Below are positions 19,242-28,520 of a stretch of DNA of 31,900 nucleotides, one piece after another. Both the position numbers and the translations under genes were made by a program. Position 1 is the first letter of the stretch. Each line of letters opens with the position of its first letter. Under the pieces are notes generated by a model, which was not told the DNA's origin, ran no database searches, and was given only the letters and a program-made list of their open reading frames with translations. This stretch comes from a bacterium (GTDB lineage: Bacteria > DUMJ01), in assembly GCA_049970495.1 (NCBI GenBank), contig JBMFMV010000015.1:1-31900 (forward strand), read 5' to 3'.

Positions 19242-20324
19242 ATGCAGTTTGTGTGTAATAGAAAAGAATTAGAAAAAAAGGTCCAAATAGTATCGAAGAT
19301 TATTCCATCAAGAAGTACTAAGGACAGTCTAAGTTCTATTTTAATAAGAACAGAAGCTCCAGATAAGCTTTACCTATATGCAACAAATATAGAGATGAGT
19401 ATAGAGACTCTTATAAACTGTACAACTAATGAATCTCAAAGTTTCCTTGTTTCTGCAAGACTATTTAGAGATATTGTAGATAGTCTTACCTCAGAGACTA
19501 TGGTTGGTCTTATAGAAGATAGCACTTTTAATATCAAGGCTGGAGAAACTGTATACCATATACCAACCCAAAATTTATTAGACTTTCCTCTTCCAGAGGA
19601 ATTCATACCTGAAAGAGAGATATTCTTGAAGTCGGATATACTTAAATCTAGTGTAAGAAAAGTTTCTCCTTTTGTAGATAAGAGTAATATAAGACCTGTA
19701 CTATCTGGAATATTTATAGATTCTAGAGAAGACGAGGTAAGATTAGTAGCTACTGATGCAAATAGGCTAGCAGTTAAGAGGATTCCTATAGGAGATATTG
19801 GTAGTAGTGTAATACTTCCCGCTTTGAGTTTAGAGACATTTATCTCTGCTGATTTAGACGAAGAAATAGTTATAGACTTTTCTAATTCTAAGGTAAGATT
19901 TAGAGGTAAGGACATAAGTTTAGTTACATCTATCATAGATGGAAACTTTCCACAGTACGAAAGAGTAATACCGACTGAATTTATATCTACTATAAGACTA
20001 GATAAAGAAATCTTAAAAGACTCAATAAAGAGGATATTACCTATATCTAGAGAGGAAGATTATGCGGTTAAGTTTAGTGTAAAAAAGGAAAAACTAATAC
20101 TGAGCGCTAGGTCCCCTATAGGTGTTGTATTCGATGAGTTATCTGTAGAGACAGATGGAGATGAGATAGACATAATCTTTTCTGCCAACTATATAATAGA
20201 CTTCCTCTCTGTTGGTGAAGGCATAGTTACAATAAAGATATCTGGAGAGAAAGACCCAGCCTTATTTACTTTTGATAGTGATCCTGATTTTATATATGTA
20301 ACAATGCCGATGGAGTCAGAATGA
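19242..20324 (+). CDS. dnaN: DNA polymerase III beta clamp
   Basis: RPVLSGI, VATDANRLA, IDGNFPQYERVIP, final MP. ATG at 19242 follows an AGGAGGT SD; the tracked start at 19179 is inside oriC. Confidence 0.96.
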   Translation: MQFVCNRKELEKKVQIVSKIIPSRSTKDSLSSILIRTEAPDKLYLYATNIEMSIETLINCTTNESQSFLVSARLFRDIVDSLTSETMVGLIEDSTFNIKAGETVYHIPTQNLLDFPLPEEFIPEREIFLKSDILKSSVRKVSPFVDKSNIRPVLSGIFIDSREDEVRLVATDANRLAVKRIPIGDIGSSVILPALSLETFISADLDEEIVIDFSNSKVRFRGKDISLVTSIIDGNFPQYERVIPTEFISTIRLDKEILKDSIKRILPISREEDYAVKFSVKKEKLILSARSPIGVVFDELSVETDGDEIDIIFSANYIIDFLSVGEGIVTIKISGEKDPALFTFDSDPDFIYVTMPMESE

Positions 20325-20542
20325 AAGAGATCTATATATTTACAGAGACAATAACATTAGGACAGTTTCTGAAGTGGGCAAATATTGTCCAAACTGGTGG
20401 GGAAGCCAAAATACTTATACAACAGGGTCTCGTTTCTGTAAATGGTAAGGTAGAAACACAGAGAAGTAGAAAATTAAAGGAGAATGATATAGTAAGTGTT
20501 AAAGATCAAGGCGACTTTATTATAAAAAGAAAGGTCTTATGA
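20321..20542 (+). CDS. yaaA: S4-domain RNA-binding protein YaaA
   Basis: ITLGQFLK, TGGEAK, VNG.VET.R.RKL; located between dnaN and recF. Confidence 0.92.
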   Translation: MKEIYIFTETITLGQFLKWANIVQTGGEAKILIQQGLVSVNGKVETQRSRKLKENDIVSVKDQGDFIIKRKVL

Positions 20543-21621
20543 TACTTAATACTCTTGAGCTTCTATCTTATAGAAATTATTCCCATATATCATTAAAGTT
20601 TCACCCTCACCTTAATGTATTTTTTGGACCAAATGGTGCAGGGAAGACGAACCTCTTAGAGGCTATAAATCTTTTAGCTAATGGTGAGCCAAGAAGAGGG
20701 AAAAAAGATATAGACGCTATAAAATGGAATGAGCCATTCACCTGGGTTAGAGGAGAGGTAATCTACGAAGATGAAAGGATATTTAAGTTAGTAACTCAGA
20801 TAAAGGTTGATGGAGAAAAGGCATTCTCTGTGAATGGTAAGATAATCCCTCTTAAGAGATATCTTGGTTTATTTTATACCGTTTCAATCTTTGATAATGA
20901 CCAGGAGATAGTCTTAGGAAGTCCTGAAAAGAGAAGAGGTTTCCTTGACGAATTTGTTACAGACATAGACCCAGAATATTATTTTATATTAAATAGGTAT
21001 AAAAGTATCCTAATTAGGAGAAATAGAATATTGAAGACTAAAGACTCTGATAAGAGACTTTTAGACTCTCTTACTGAAATGTTAGTTGAGCTTGGAGAAA
21101 AGATAATAAGGAGTAGACACAACGCCATATCTATATATAACAGGTATCTTGAGAGAGAGGGATATAGATTTGGAATTGAAGTGAAGATAGAACCTCCATA
21201 TCTTATAGATGATGTTGATGAAAGCGTAAGGGTCTATAAAGAAAGGTTTAACTCATCAAGAGTAAAGGAGGAAGCTTTAGGGTTAACCCTTGTAGGACCA
21301 CATAGGGAGGATATACCTATAAGGGTAAACGATAGAGATAGTAGAAGTTTTGCTTCCAATGGAGAGATACAAATTATACTCTTTCTTTTAAAGGTTGCTC
21401 AATTAGAACTTATAAAGGATATAAAAGGGTACAAACCAGTTTTTCTTATAGATGAATTCTTAAATAGACTAGATGCTAAGAATAGTAAAATTATTATCGA
21501 TGTGATAAAAGAGAAATCTCCTCAGCTTTTTGTGTCTATGCTCTCTAAGAGAGATATTGGGATTCATGGCACTATCTTTGGTATTAATAATGGGGAAGTT
21601 ATCAATGAAGAAGCTTTCTAA
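20539..21621 (+). CDS. recF: DNA replication/repair protein RecF
   Basis: YRNY, GPNGAGKTNLLEAI, GSP..RR.FLD, T.VGPHRED; synteny. Confidence 0.93.
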   Translation: MILNTLELLSYRNYSHISLKFHPHLNVFFGPNGAGKTNLLEAINLLANGEPRRGKKDIDAIKWNEPFTWVRGEVIYEDERIFKLVTQIKVDGEKAFSVNGKIIPLKRYLGLFYTVSIFDNDQEIVLGSPEKRRGFLDEFVTDIDPEYYFILNRYKSILIRRNRILKTKDSDKRLLDSLTEMLVELGEKIIRSRHNAISIYNRYLEREGYRFGIEVKIEPPYLIDDVDESVRVYKERFNSSRVKEEALGLTLVGPHREDIPIRVNDRDSRSFASNGEIQIILFLLKVAQLELIKDIKGYKPVFLIDEFLNRLDAKNSKIIIDVIKEKSPQLFVSMLSKRDIGIHGTIFGINNGEVINEEAF

Positions 21622-22024
21622 CATTTTGTTATCTTTGCCTTTACGAAGGTATTCCCTTCTTCCTATAGTATGGAAGAGAGTAGTTGGTGATTATATTGCC
21701 AATTTTACTCATATAGCATACTATAAAGATGGTATGCTCTTTGTAAATGTTCCTTCACCTGTATGGATTACTGAACTTTCTACTCGCTCTCAAGAGATTA
21801 TAGAACAACTAAATAAGGAGATTGATATACCTATTAATGAGATAAAATTTAATGTCTATTCATTTGACATAAAATCTAAAAAAGAGGTAAATCTTGATGA
21901 TCTTACAGAGGATGATATAGAATATATAAATTCTATAGTCTCTAATGTGAGGTATCCAAGGATAAGAGAATCGATGTTTAAAATCATTGGTTATCATATC
22001 TTAAGAAAGAAAAAAGGATTGTAG
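21605..22024 (+). CDS. dciA: DUF721/DciA-family helicase-operating protein
   Basis: W..VVG..IA..T......G.L.V.V.S..W..EL......I...LN pattern; follows recF. Likely ATG at 21605. Confidence 0.8.
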   Translation: MKKLSNILLSLPLRRYSLLPIVWKRVVGDYIANFTHIAYYKDGMLFVNVPSPVWITELSTRSQEIIEQLNKEIDIPINEIKFNVYSFDIKSKKEVNLDDLTEDDIEYINSIVSNVRYPRIRESMFKIIGYHILRKKKGL

Positions 22025-22046
22025 AAAGTTACTCGACTTTTCTCTC

Positions 22047-22075
22047 TTGTAAATTACTCCTCTTTGTGGTAAATT
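22047..22075 (+). promoter_or_regulatory. Sigma70-type promoter for tRNA-Ser/SRP RNA
   Basis: TTGTAA, 17 nt spacer, TAAATT with extended TG, 11 nt before the tRNA. Confidence 0.65.
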
Positions 22076-22086
22076 TATATCTGTAT

Positions 22087-22178
22087 GGAGAGGTGGCTGA
22101 GTGGACTAAGGCGCTCGCCTGGAGAGCGAGTGGGCAGTAAAACCTGCCCCGTGGGTTCGAATCCCACCCTCTCCGCCA
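22087..22178 (+). tRNA. tRNA-Ser (anticodon GGA)
   Basis: GGAGAGG/CCTCTCC acceptor stem, discriminator G plus encoded CCA, anticodon arm CTCGC-CTGGAGA-GCGAG, long variable arm, GGTTCGAATCC. Confidence 0.97.
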
Positions 22179-22191
22179 TATTAGAGAATCC

Positions 22192-22466
22192 CCGGCTGTG
22201 CTAGGTGGGGAGTTAGCGGTGCCCTGAACCTGCAACCCGCTATAGCAGGGCTGAATTCCCTCCTTGAGGTTAGATTGGTGCAGGCAATTTTATGTAGGAC
22301 AGCGATGAGAACTAGGCCCTATACAACGGAGACCTACGAACCCCGCCAGGTCCGGAAGGAAGCAACGGTAAGTAGTCATCTCCGTGTGATATAGGATTAC
22401 CTAGTTGGAGCTGTTCCTATATAAAAACCTGTGTCAGTCCTAATCGATTGGAGGGTGCACAGCCGG
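22192..22466 (+). ncRNA. ffs: Large (Alu-containing) bacterial signal recognition particle RNA
   Basis: Helix 8 motif CGCCAGGTCCGGAAGGAAGCAACGGTAAG; 5' Alu-like GGGGAGTTAGCGGTGCCCTG...CCGCTATAGCAGGG; termini pair CCGGCTGTGC/GCACAGCCGG followed by a T-run; upstream of dnaX. Confidence 0.95.
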
Positions 22467-22495
22467 TTTTTTCTTAGAAGGGGTATTTAAAAGTT

Positions 22496-23953
22496 ATGGA
22501 TTATGTAGCCTTATATAGAAAATGGAGATCACAGAAGTTTAGTGAGGTTGTAGGTCAGGACCATATTGTAAGAGCCCTTTCTAACGCGATAAAAATGGGT
22601 TGGATCTCTCATGCTTATCTATTCTCTGGCCCACGAGGAACAGGAAAAACTACTGTGGCAAGGATATTTGCAAAGGCTTTGAATTGTAGAGAGGGACCTA
22701 CTACAGAACCATGTAATAGGTGTGATCAGTGTATCTCTATACAGCAGGGGACCTCTTTAGATGTTATAGAATTAGACGCAGCAAGCAATAGGGGTATAGA
22801 TGAAATAAGGAATCTTAGAGAACAAACTAGATTTGTACCTATGGGAGGGAGGTATAGAGTATTTATAATAGATGAAGCCCACATGTTAACACAAGAGGCG
22901 TTTAATGCTCTCTTAAAGACATTAGAAGAGCCTCCTCCTGGAATAATGTTTATACTAGCTACAACTGATCCGCAGAAGATTCCTCCAACTATACTGTCTA
23001 GATGTTTAAGATTTGATTTTCGTAGAATTCCTGATGAGCTTATAGAGAAGAGATTAGAAGAAATAGCGATAGGAGAGAGAATAGAGTATGAGAAGGGTGC
23101 TTTAGGGATACTTGCAAGGTACGCAGATGGCTCTCTGAGAGATGCCTTAGCATATATGGAGGAAGCTATACTATATGGAGGAGGTAGTCTAAAGGAAAAA
23201 GAAGTGGTAGAATGTCTGGGAGTACCTTCTCAGGTACAGATAAAGAGGTTCTTACTAGCTGTCTACAGAGGGGATATAAATAGAGGATTAGAAGTTATAG
23301 ATGAAGTTATGGAAAGTGGGGTAGATCCAAAGATATTCATAGATAATATAATCTCTGAACTAAAAGATATGGCTTTGATATCAGATAAAAAACAGGAGAT
23401 AAGTTGGAGCTTAGAGGATATAGCAAAGTGTATCTCTACCATGGAAGATATATCTCTTAAGCTTCGCTGGTATAGTTTCCCCAGACTAGTACTAGAAGTT
23501 GGACTAGTAAAGCTCATAAGTAACTTTAAAAAGGCCATGGTAATCTCAGAAGTACAGAAATCTGAAGTCCCTATAGTTGAATTGTCTGCAGACTTTAGTA
23601 GGATAAAAGACCTTTGGCCTCTATTTTTAGAATCTGTAAGAAAAGAGAGTATACGTCTGCATGCTATGCTTAGAGAGTGTTCACCTGTATCATTTACTGA
23701 TAATACATTAGTTATAGGGGTAAGGGCTGGATTCTCATTCCACTATGAGTATCTCTCTAGGCAAGAAAATAAAAAGATTTTAGAGAAAATATTCTATAGT
23801 CTTCTAAAAAAGGAGATTAGAATAGAATTTATAATGGGAGAGAATAAGACTAATAAGTTAAAAGCTACTGCTAATAAAGTGGCAGAGATGTTTAATGGTT
23901 CAATAATTAATACCGAGCCTAAAAAGGAGGAAAAAGATGATGAAAATGGATAG
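22496..23953 (+). CDS. dnaX: DNA polymerase III subunit gamma/tau
   Basis: ALYRKWR, GPRGTGKTT, C4 zinc site, ELDAASN, IIDEAHML, NALLKTLEEPP, SRC. Confidence 0.97.
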   Translation: MDYVALYRKWRSQKFSEVVGQDHIVRALSNAIKMGWISHAYLFSGPRGTGKTTVARIFAKALNCREGPTTEPCNRCDQCISIQQGTSLDVIELDAASNRGIDEIRNLREQTRFVPMGGRYRVFIIDEAHMLTQEAFNALLKTLEEPPPGIMFILATTDPQKIPPTILSRCLRFDFRRIPDELIEKRLEEIAIGERIEYEKGALGILARYADGSLRDALAYMEEAILYGGGSLKEKEVVECLGVPSQVQIKRFLLAVYRGDINRGLEVIDEVMESGVDPKIFIDNIISELKDMALISDKKQEISWSLEDIAKCISTMEDISLKLRWYSFPRLVLEVGLVKLISNFKKAMVISEVQKSEVPIVELSADFSRIKDLWPLFLESVRKESIRLHAMLRECSPVSFTDNTLVIGVRAGFSFHYEYLSRQENKKILEKIFYSLLKKEIRIEFIMGENKTNKLKATANKVAEMFNGSIINTEPKKEEKDDENG

Positions 23954-24254
23954 GGGTAATATCTTGAAACAACTTCAAAAGATTCAGGATGATATGAAAA
24001 AGACCCAAGAAGAACTTGCTAGTGAGATTATTGAGGGAAGTTCTGGAGGGGGTAAGGTGGTAGTCAAGTGTAACGGTAATCAAGAGATACTAGAAATCAA
24101 GATATCAAAGGAAGTAGTAGATCCTGATGAGGTAGAAATGTTAGAAGATCTTATACTTGCTGCTATAAGAGACGCATTAGAGAAATCGAAGAGTTTAGCA
24201 GAGGAGAAGATGTCTGATTTTACTAAAAGATTTGGTATTCCAGGTCTAATATAA
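23937..24254 (+). CDS. ybaB: YbaB/EbfC nucleoid-associated protein
   Basis: SGGG.V.V..NG, VDP...EMLEDLI.AA; located between dnaX and recR. Confidence 0.94.
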   Translation: MMKMDRGNILKQLQKIQDDMKKTQEELASEIIEGSSGGGKVVVKCNGNQEILEIKISKEVVDPDEVEMLEDLILAAIRDALEKSKSLAEEKMSDFTKRFGIPGLI

Positions 24255-24842
24255 ATGACTGAAAGTTTTAATAGATTAGTTTCTGAGTTAGAGGCCTTAC
24301 CTGGGATAGGACCTAAGTTAGCAGCTAGAATAGCATATTATATATTTAAATCACCTAAAGAGTCAGTGACAAAATTAATACAAGCTATTAACGACGTAAA
24401 GGAAAAGGTAAGACCTTGTACTATTTGTTTTAACCTTACTGAGAGTGATATATGTGATATATGTAGGGATTCACAAAGAGATCGATCTCTTATATGTGTA
24501 GTTGAAGAACCAAAAGATATTATTCCTATCGAGAATACCCACTCTTATAATGGCTTATACCATGTCCTTATGGGGGCTATAGCTCCTCTATCTGGTATAG
24601 GTCCTAAAGATTTGACTATAGATGCATTATTAGAAAGGGTAAAGAGTGGAGTAAATGAGGTGATAATAGCTACAGATCTGAATGTAGAAGGGGAAACTAC
24701 CGCGATTTATCTAAGTAAACTTCTCAAGCCTCTGGGAATAAAGGTGACAAGACTTGCCCAAGGTCTGCCTACAGGATCGGAGATTGAATATGCAGACGAA
24801 TTTACTCTTAAAGAGGCAATCCTCTGGAGAAAACCAATCTAG
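24255..24842 (+). CDS. recR: Recombination mediator RecR
   Basis: LPGIG.K.A.R, C4 zinc finger, CVVE...D, YHVL.G, EGETTA.Y, EYAD. Confidence 0.97.
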   Translation: MTESFNRLVSELEALPGIGPKLAARIAYYIFKSPKESVTKLIQAINDVKEKVRPCTICFNLTESDICDICRDSQRDRSLICVVEEPKDIIPIENTHSYNGLYHVLMGAIAPLSGIGPKDLTIDALLERVKSGVNEVIIATDLNVEGETTAIYLSKLLKPLGIKVTRLAQGLPTGSEIEYADEFTLKEAILWRKPI

Positions 24843-24860
24843 AAGAAAGGAGATAGGATA

Positions 24861-25544
24861 ATGCTCAATGAGTGGAACCGTATTTTAGTATTTGGGGCAC
24901 ATCCAGATGATGAGATAATTGGAGTAGGGGGAACAATAGCCAAGTTGAGTAAGATGGGGAAAGAGGTCTATGTTGTTACCTTTACAGCAGGGGAGACGGG
25001 ATACTCGCGTCCTGAAGAAAAGGATAGAATAGCGGATACTAGGCTTAAGGAGGCCCAGTCTAGCGATAGAATTCTCGGAATTAAAGAAAGAGTCATCCTC
25101 GGAAGACCTACTCAGGGGGTTGTAAATGATAGAGAAACATACCAAGAATGTGTAAGACTTATTAGAAAGTATAGACCTGATGTAATATTTACCCACTGGA
25201 ATAGGGATAAACACAGAGACCATAGGGCAGTATCGGAAATTACTGAAGAGGCTTGGTGGAAGGCACAGGAAAATGTCTTAGCAGATATGGGTACTCCTTG
25301 GAGGGCAAGAGATCTTTATTTTTATGAGATAAATGAGTTATTTACATTTCCATCGCTTCTTGTAGATATCTCTGAGACTCTAGAGGTTAAGCTCAGAGCT
25401 ATGGAGACGCAGAGTTCTCAGATGGATGTCTTACCAAATATAATGAGATATATAGAGGCTCTTGCCCAAGTAAGGGGATATCTTAGGGGGACGAAGTATG
25501 CTGAAGCCTTTTTATTATCTTCATTTTTAGGGAGACTGGAATAG
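24861..25544 (+). CDS. PIG-L/LmbE-family de-N-acetylase
   Basis: AHPDDE..G.GG, T.GE, PDV.FTH..D.H.DH, YAEAF. Confidence 0.9.
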   Translation: MLNEWNRILVFGAHPDDEIIGVGGTIAKLSKMGKEVYVVTFTAGETGYSRPEEKDRIADTRLKEAQSSDRILGIKERVILGRPTQGVVNDRETYQECVRLIRKYRPDVIFTHWNRDKHRDHRAVSEITEEAWWKAQENVLADMGTPWRARDLYFYEINELFTFPSLLVDISETLEVKLRAMETQSSQMDVLPNIMRYIEALAQVRGYLRGTKYAEAFLLSSFLGRLE

Positions 25545-25548
25545 CTTT

Positions 25549-26013
25549 ATGGGATTTACCTTAATTGAGGTGTTGGTTACGCTAACTACATTTAGTCTCC
25601 TATTGAGTTTATTAAGTACTAATCTGTCAAAAATTATAGAGTATAATAATCTTATTGTAAGTGTTAGACTTCTGGTAAAGGATATAAAGATGTGTCAATA
25701 TATCAGTATGGAGGAAGGGGTTCGTACTCAAATACTCTTAGATTTTACGGATAATAAATATAGTCTTATAAGAGTGGAAAAGCTCCCAAGAGTATTTTCT
25801 ATTTCTTATCTTAAGGATGGAGTGAATTTTTCTTGGACAAATTTTACTAAAAAACTTATAGAATTTGATCCTGTAGGATGTCCAAATATGAGCGATGTAG
25901 GAACTCCCGATAAAGGAGGGACGATAGCTATAAAGTCTAAAAGTAACAGATACTTATATGTAATTATTACACCAGTGACCGGTCATGTTAGGATATCAGA
26001 GAAACCACCATAG
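25549..26013 (+). CDS. Minor pilin, FimT/GspH-like
   Basis: G|FTLIEV class III cleavage motif, hydrophobic helix, I.FD..G.P and TG.VRI C-terminus. Confidence 0.75.
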   Translation: MGFTLIEVLVTLTTFSLLLSLLSTNLSKIIEYNNLIVSVRLLVKDIKMCQYISMEEGVRTQILLDFTDNKYSLIRVEKLPRVFSISYLKDGVNFSWTNFTKKLIEFDPVGCPNMSDVGTPDKGGTIAIKSKSNRYLYVIITPVTGHVRISEKPP

Positions 26014-26479
26014 TAGAGGGTTTACTATTATAGAGATTATCCTTGCGCTTCTCATTATAAGCCTAGTTGTAATAGGAGTATTAATGTTTTTTGCCATCTC
26101 TAGAAAAGCAGCTGAAGAGTCGGCTTTAAAGACAAGTTTTTCTAATAGTGTAGTATCAGAAATTGAGTTTATAAAGGCAAAAGGGTATAAATCTCTTAAT
26201 AGCTTACTTGGAAGTAAGAATAGTCTCTTAGTAGAATTATTTATAGAAGATGGTAAAATAAAAATTGATGGGGAAGAAGTAAATTTGGATCCAAATTCTA
26301 GTATTAATACGATAATGAACCTTACAGGTTGGAGTTCTTCTCTATCTAATTTAGGTGCAGATAAAGGCGAGATAGAAATAACTACAGTAAGTGGTATTAG
26401 TAACCTTCTTAAAGTTAGAGTTAGGGTGGAGTGGGGCTCTGGGAAAAATTATGAGATCATTACATATATCTCGCTATAA
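25985..26479 (+). CDS. Minor pilin, PilV/GspI-like
   Basis: RG|FTIIEIILAL, C-terminal L.KVRVRV.W. Confidence 0.78.
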   Translation: MLGYQRNHHSRGFTIIEIILALLIISLVVIGVLMFFAISRKAAEESALKTSFSNSVVSEIEFIKAKGYKSLNSLLGSKNSLLVELFIEDGKIKIDGEEVNLDPNSSINTIMNLTGWSSSLSNLGADKGEIEITTVSGISNLLKVRVRVEWGSGKNYEIITYISL

Positions 26480-26900
26480 GTATGGATTTACAATAGTAGA
26501 ATTGCTAATTACTTTGGTTGTTTTTACATTTGTTATTGGAATGATTTATGCTACATATACCATGGGGATTTTTATGTGGAAGACTACAGAGACGAGGTTA
26601 TGGACAGTCCAAGAAGCTAGAATGTCCCTTGAGAGGATAATTAGGGAGGCTAGAGGAGCAAGGCGGGATGGGATAGAAATAGGGGAGAAACTTATTTTTA
26701 AAAATATTAATGGGGATACCATCTCTTTTGAAAAGAGTGGGGATAAGATACTTAGAAGGGTAAATAATAGAGGGAATAATATTGTTGCTACAAGTGTAAA
26801 GAGTTTTTTAGTAGAGGCTATGGGTAGTTCTTATAAGGTCACAATTACTTTTAATAATGGACATACTGTCTCGGGGATATTTACTCCAAGAAATAAGTAA
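26451..26900 (+). CDS. Minor pilin, PilW/GspJ-like
   Basis: G|FTIVELL, Q.AR..LERI.RE.R.A. Likely start is ATG 26451. Confidence 0.8.
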   Translation: MRSLHISRYKYGFTIVELLITLVVFTFVIGMIYATYTMGIFMWKTTETRLWTVQEARMSLERIIREARGARRDGIEIGEKLIFKNINGDTISFEKSGDKILRRVNNRGNNIVATSVKSFLVEAMGSSYKVTITFNNGHTVSGIFTPRNK

Positions 26901-26910
26901 GAGGTGGCTT

Positions 26911-27981
26911 ATGAGATTTAACAAAAACAGAAGTGTAGTTGGTGTTGATTTTGGAACTTATGCCATAAAAGCAGTTGAGATAGAACTAAGGGAGGATGGC
27001 ACCTATGTAAAAAAGATGGGTTCTATGTTTTATCCGGAGAAGGTTCTTGAAAATGGGGAATTCCTAAATGTCCCTCTTCTTACTGATATAGTTAGAAATT
27101 TATGGGAAGAGAATAAGTTTGGAAGTAAGGATATTGCAGTCTCTTGGAAGAGTGAAAATGGATTTACTAGAGTCCTTACATTACCAATATTACCAGATAA
27201 GGAACTGTACGAGGCGATAAAACTAGAAATATCAAGTAGATATGAAGTCGATGTAAATCTAGTGGCTTTTGATTATGTTATTTTAGATAAGGATGTAAAG
27301 AGTCAAGAGATGAGGGTTTTAGTGTCTGGGATCCCTAAAGAAATTGCTAGTACAATCTATAATATCTTTAAGGAGCTTAATTTTAGGTTAAAGATGCTAG
27401 AGCCAGAGTTTATCTGTCAGTTAAATCTCTTGAAACCAAGTGGAGATAATTTTATACTCCTAAATATAGGAGTAAAGACCACCATGCTGTATATGGGTAG
27501 GGAAGACCTTGTAAATGTCATAAGAGTGTTAAGGTTTGGTGGGGACAACTTTACAGAAGTTATAGCTTCTACTTTAAATATACCACTTGAAGAAGCGGAA
27601 AAATGGAAAAGGGAAAGATTTGCACAGGAAGTTGATTACAGTAAGATAATGGTAAGCGATGTATTACTTAATACATTCCTTATACTATTAAGAGAAATTA
27701 ATAGGTCTATTGATTATTTCTACCAACTTACATATACTTATCCTACTCGGCTAATATTAGACGGAGGAGGATCTCTAGTAGCAGGTTTAAAGGATTATCT
27801 AGCTAAGGAACTAAGTCTTCCTGTTGATTTATTGGACTTGAGGGATGTTATCAAGAACAGTACTGCTCTTTCTGATCTAAATTTATACTCTGTAGCGATA
27901 GGATGTGCATTAAGTGGTGTTGGTTATAAATGTCCGTATAAGTTTCTTGATAATCTTGAATTTGGGAGAATATCTGTCTAA
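26911..27981 (+). CDS. pilM: Type IV pilus assembly protein PilM (actin-like)
   Basis: VGVDFGTYAIKAVE, FDY, FGG..FT..I, EI.RS.DYF, GGGS...GL, VAIG.AL. ATG at 26911 follows GAGGT. Confidence 0.88.
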   Translation: MRFNKNRSVVGVDFGTYAIKAVEIELREDGTYVKKMGSMFYPEKVLENGEFLNVPLLTDIVRNLWEENKFGSKDIAVSWKSENGFTRVLTLPILPDKELYEAIKLEISSRYEVDVNLVAFDYVILDKDVKSQEMRVLVSGIPKEIASTIYNIFKELNFRLKMLEPEFICQLNLLKPSGDNFILLNIGVKTTMLYMGREDLVNVIRVLRFGGDNFTEVIASTLNIPLEEAEKWKRERFAQEVDYSKIMVSDVLLNTFLILLREINRSIDYFYQLTYTYPTRLILDGGGSLVAGLKDYLAKELSLPVDLLDLRDVIKNSTALSDLNLYSVAIGCALSGVGYKCPYKFLDNLEFGRISV

Positions 27982-28520
27982 TGTTAGATTTAGTAAGGGA
28001 ATTTAAGAGAGAGGAAAATAGGTTAAGATTACAATCCATCTTACAGACTGTACTCATCATTGTTTTTATTGCAAATGCGTTCATTACATCCTATGTACTC
28101 TGGCTTAGGGGAAATATTATGAGGATGGAGATAGAAAGTATTGATTCACAGTTAAATGTACTCCTCCCTATAGAGGGAAGGATAAGAGAGAAGACGACAG
28201 AACTTAATGCGCTTATAGCTAAGAGGAAGGAGATAGAAAGTAAAGTAAGTGCTCCAAGGGCTAATCTTGAGGTTATAAGAGACATATCCTTGTACGCACC
28301 GTCTGATTTCTGGCTGACTAGTACCTCAATCTCGCCTACAGGGATAAATTTTGATGGATATGGTCTCTCTATGAGAGGGATAAAGAATTTTATTCAGTCA
28401 CTACTAGAGAATATACCTAATACCTCTCTTTCTAGGATGAATATTCAAAAGGTAAAATTGGATGGAACCGAGTGTTATAATTTTCATATAGAAATGTTGA
28501 GGGGGCACAGTGAAGATTAA
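27981..28520 (+). CDS. pilN: PilN-like assembly protein
   Basis: Single TM, coiled coil, P...WLTS.......G, F...L; position after pilM. Confidence 0.78.
   Translation: MLDLVREFKREENRLRLQSILQTVLIIVFIANAFITSYVLWLRGNIMRMEIESIDSQLNVLLPIEGRIREKTTELNALIAKRKEIESKVSAPRANLEVIRDISLYAPSDFWLTSTSISPTGINFDGYGLSMRGIKNFIQSLLENIPNTSLSRMNIQKVKLDGTECYNFHIEMLRGHSED

Noticed and set aside
22087..22200. tRNA-Ser as an integration site for an island
   Set aside because: No integrase and no duplicated tRNA 3' end were seen, and the flanks are core genes.
22029..22235. 68-aa minus-strand ORF
   Set aside because: It is antisense to tRNA-Ser and SRP RNA (WRRGWDSNPR is a typical tRNA shadow).
23806..23820. In-frame A AAA AAG in dnaX with a -1 frame stop shortly after (E. 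coli-like frameshift)
   Set aside because: No downstream hairpin or upstream SD-like stimulator is visible, the site is near the C-terminus, and the heptamer is expected by chance in Lys-rich AT-rich genes.
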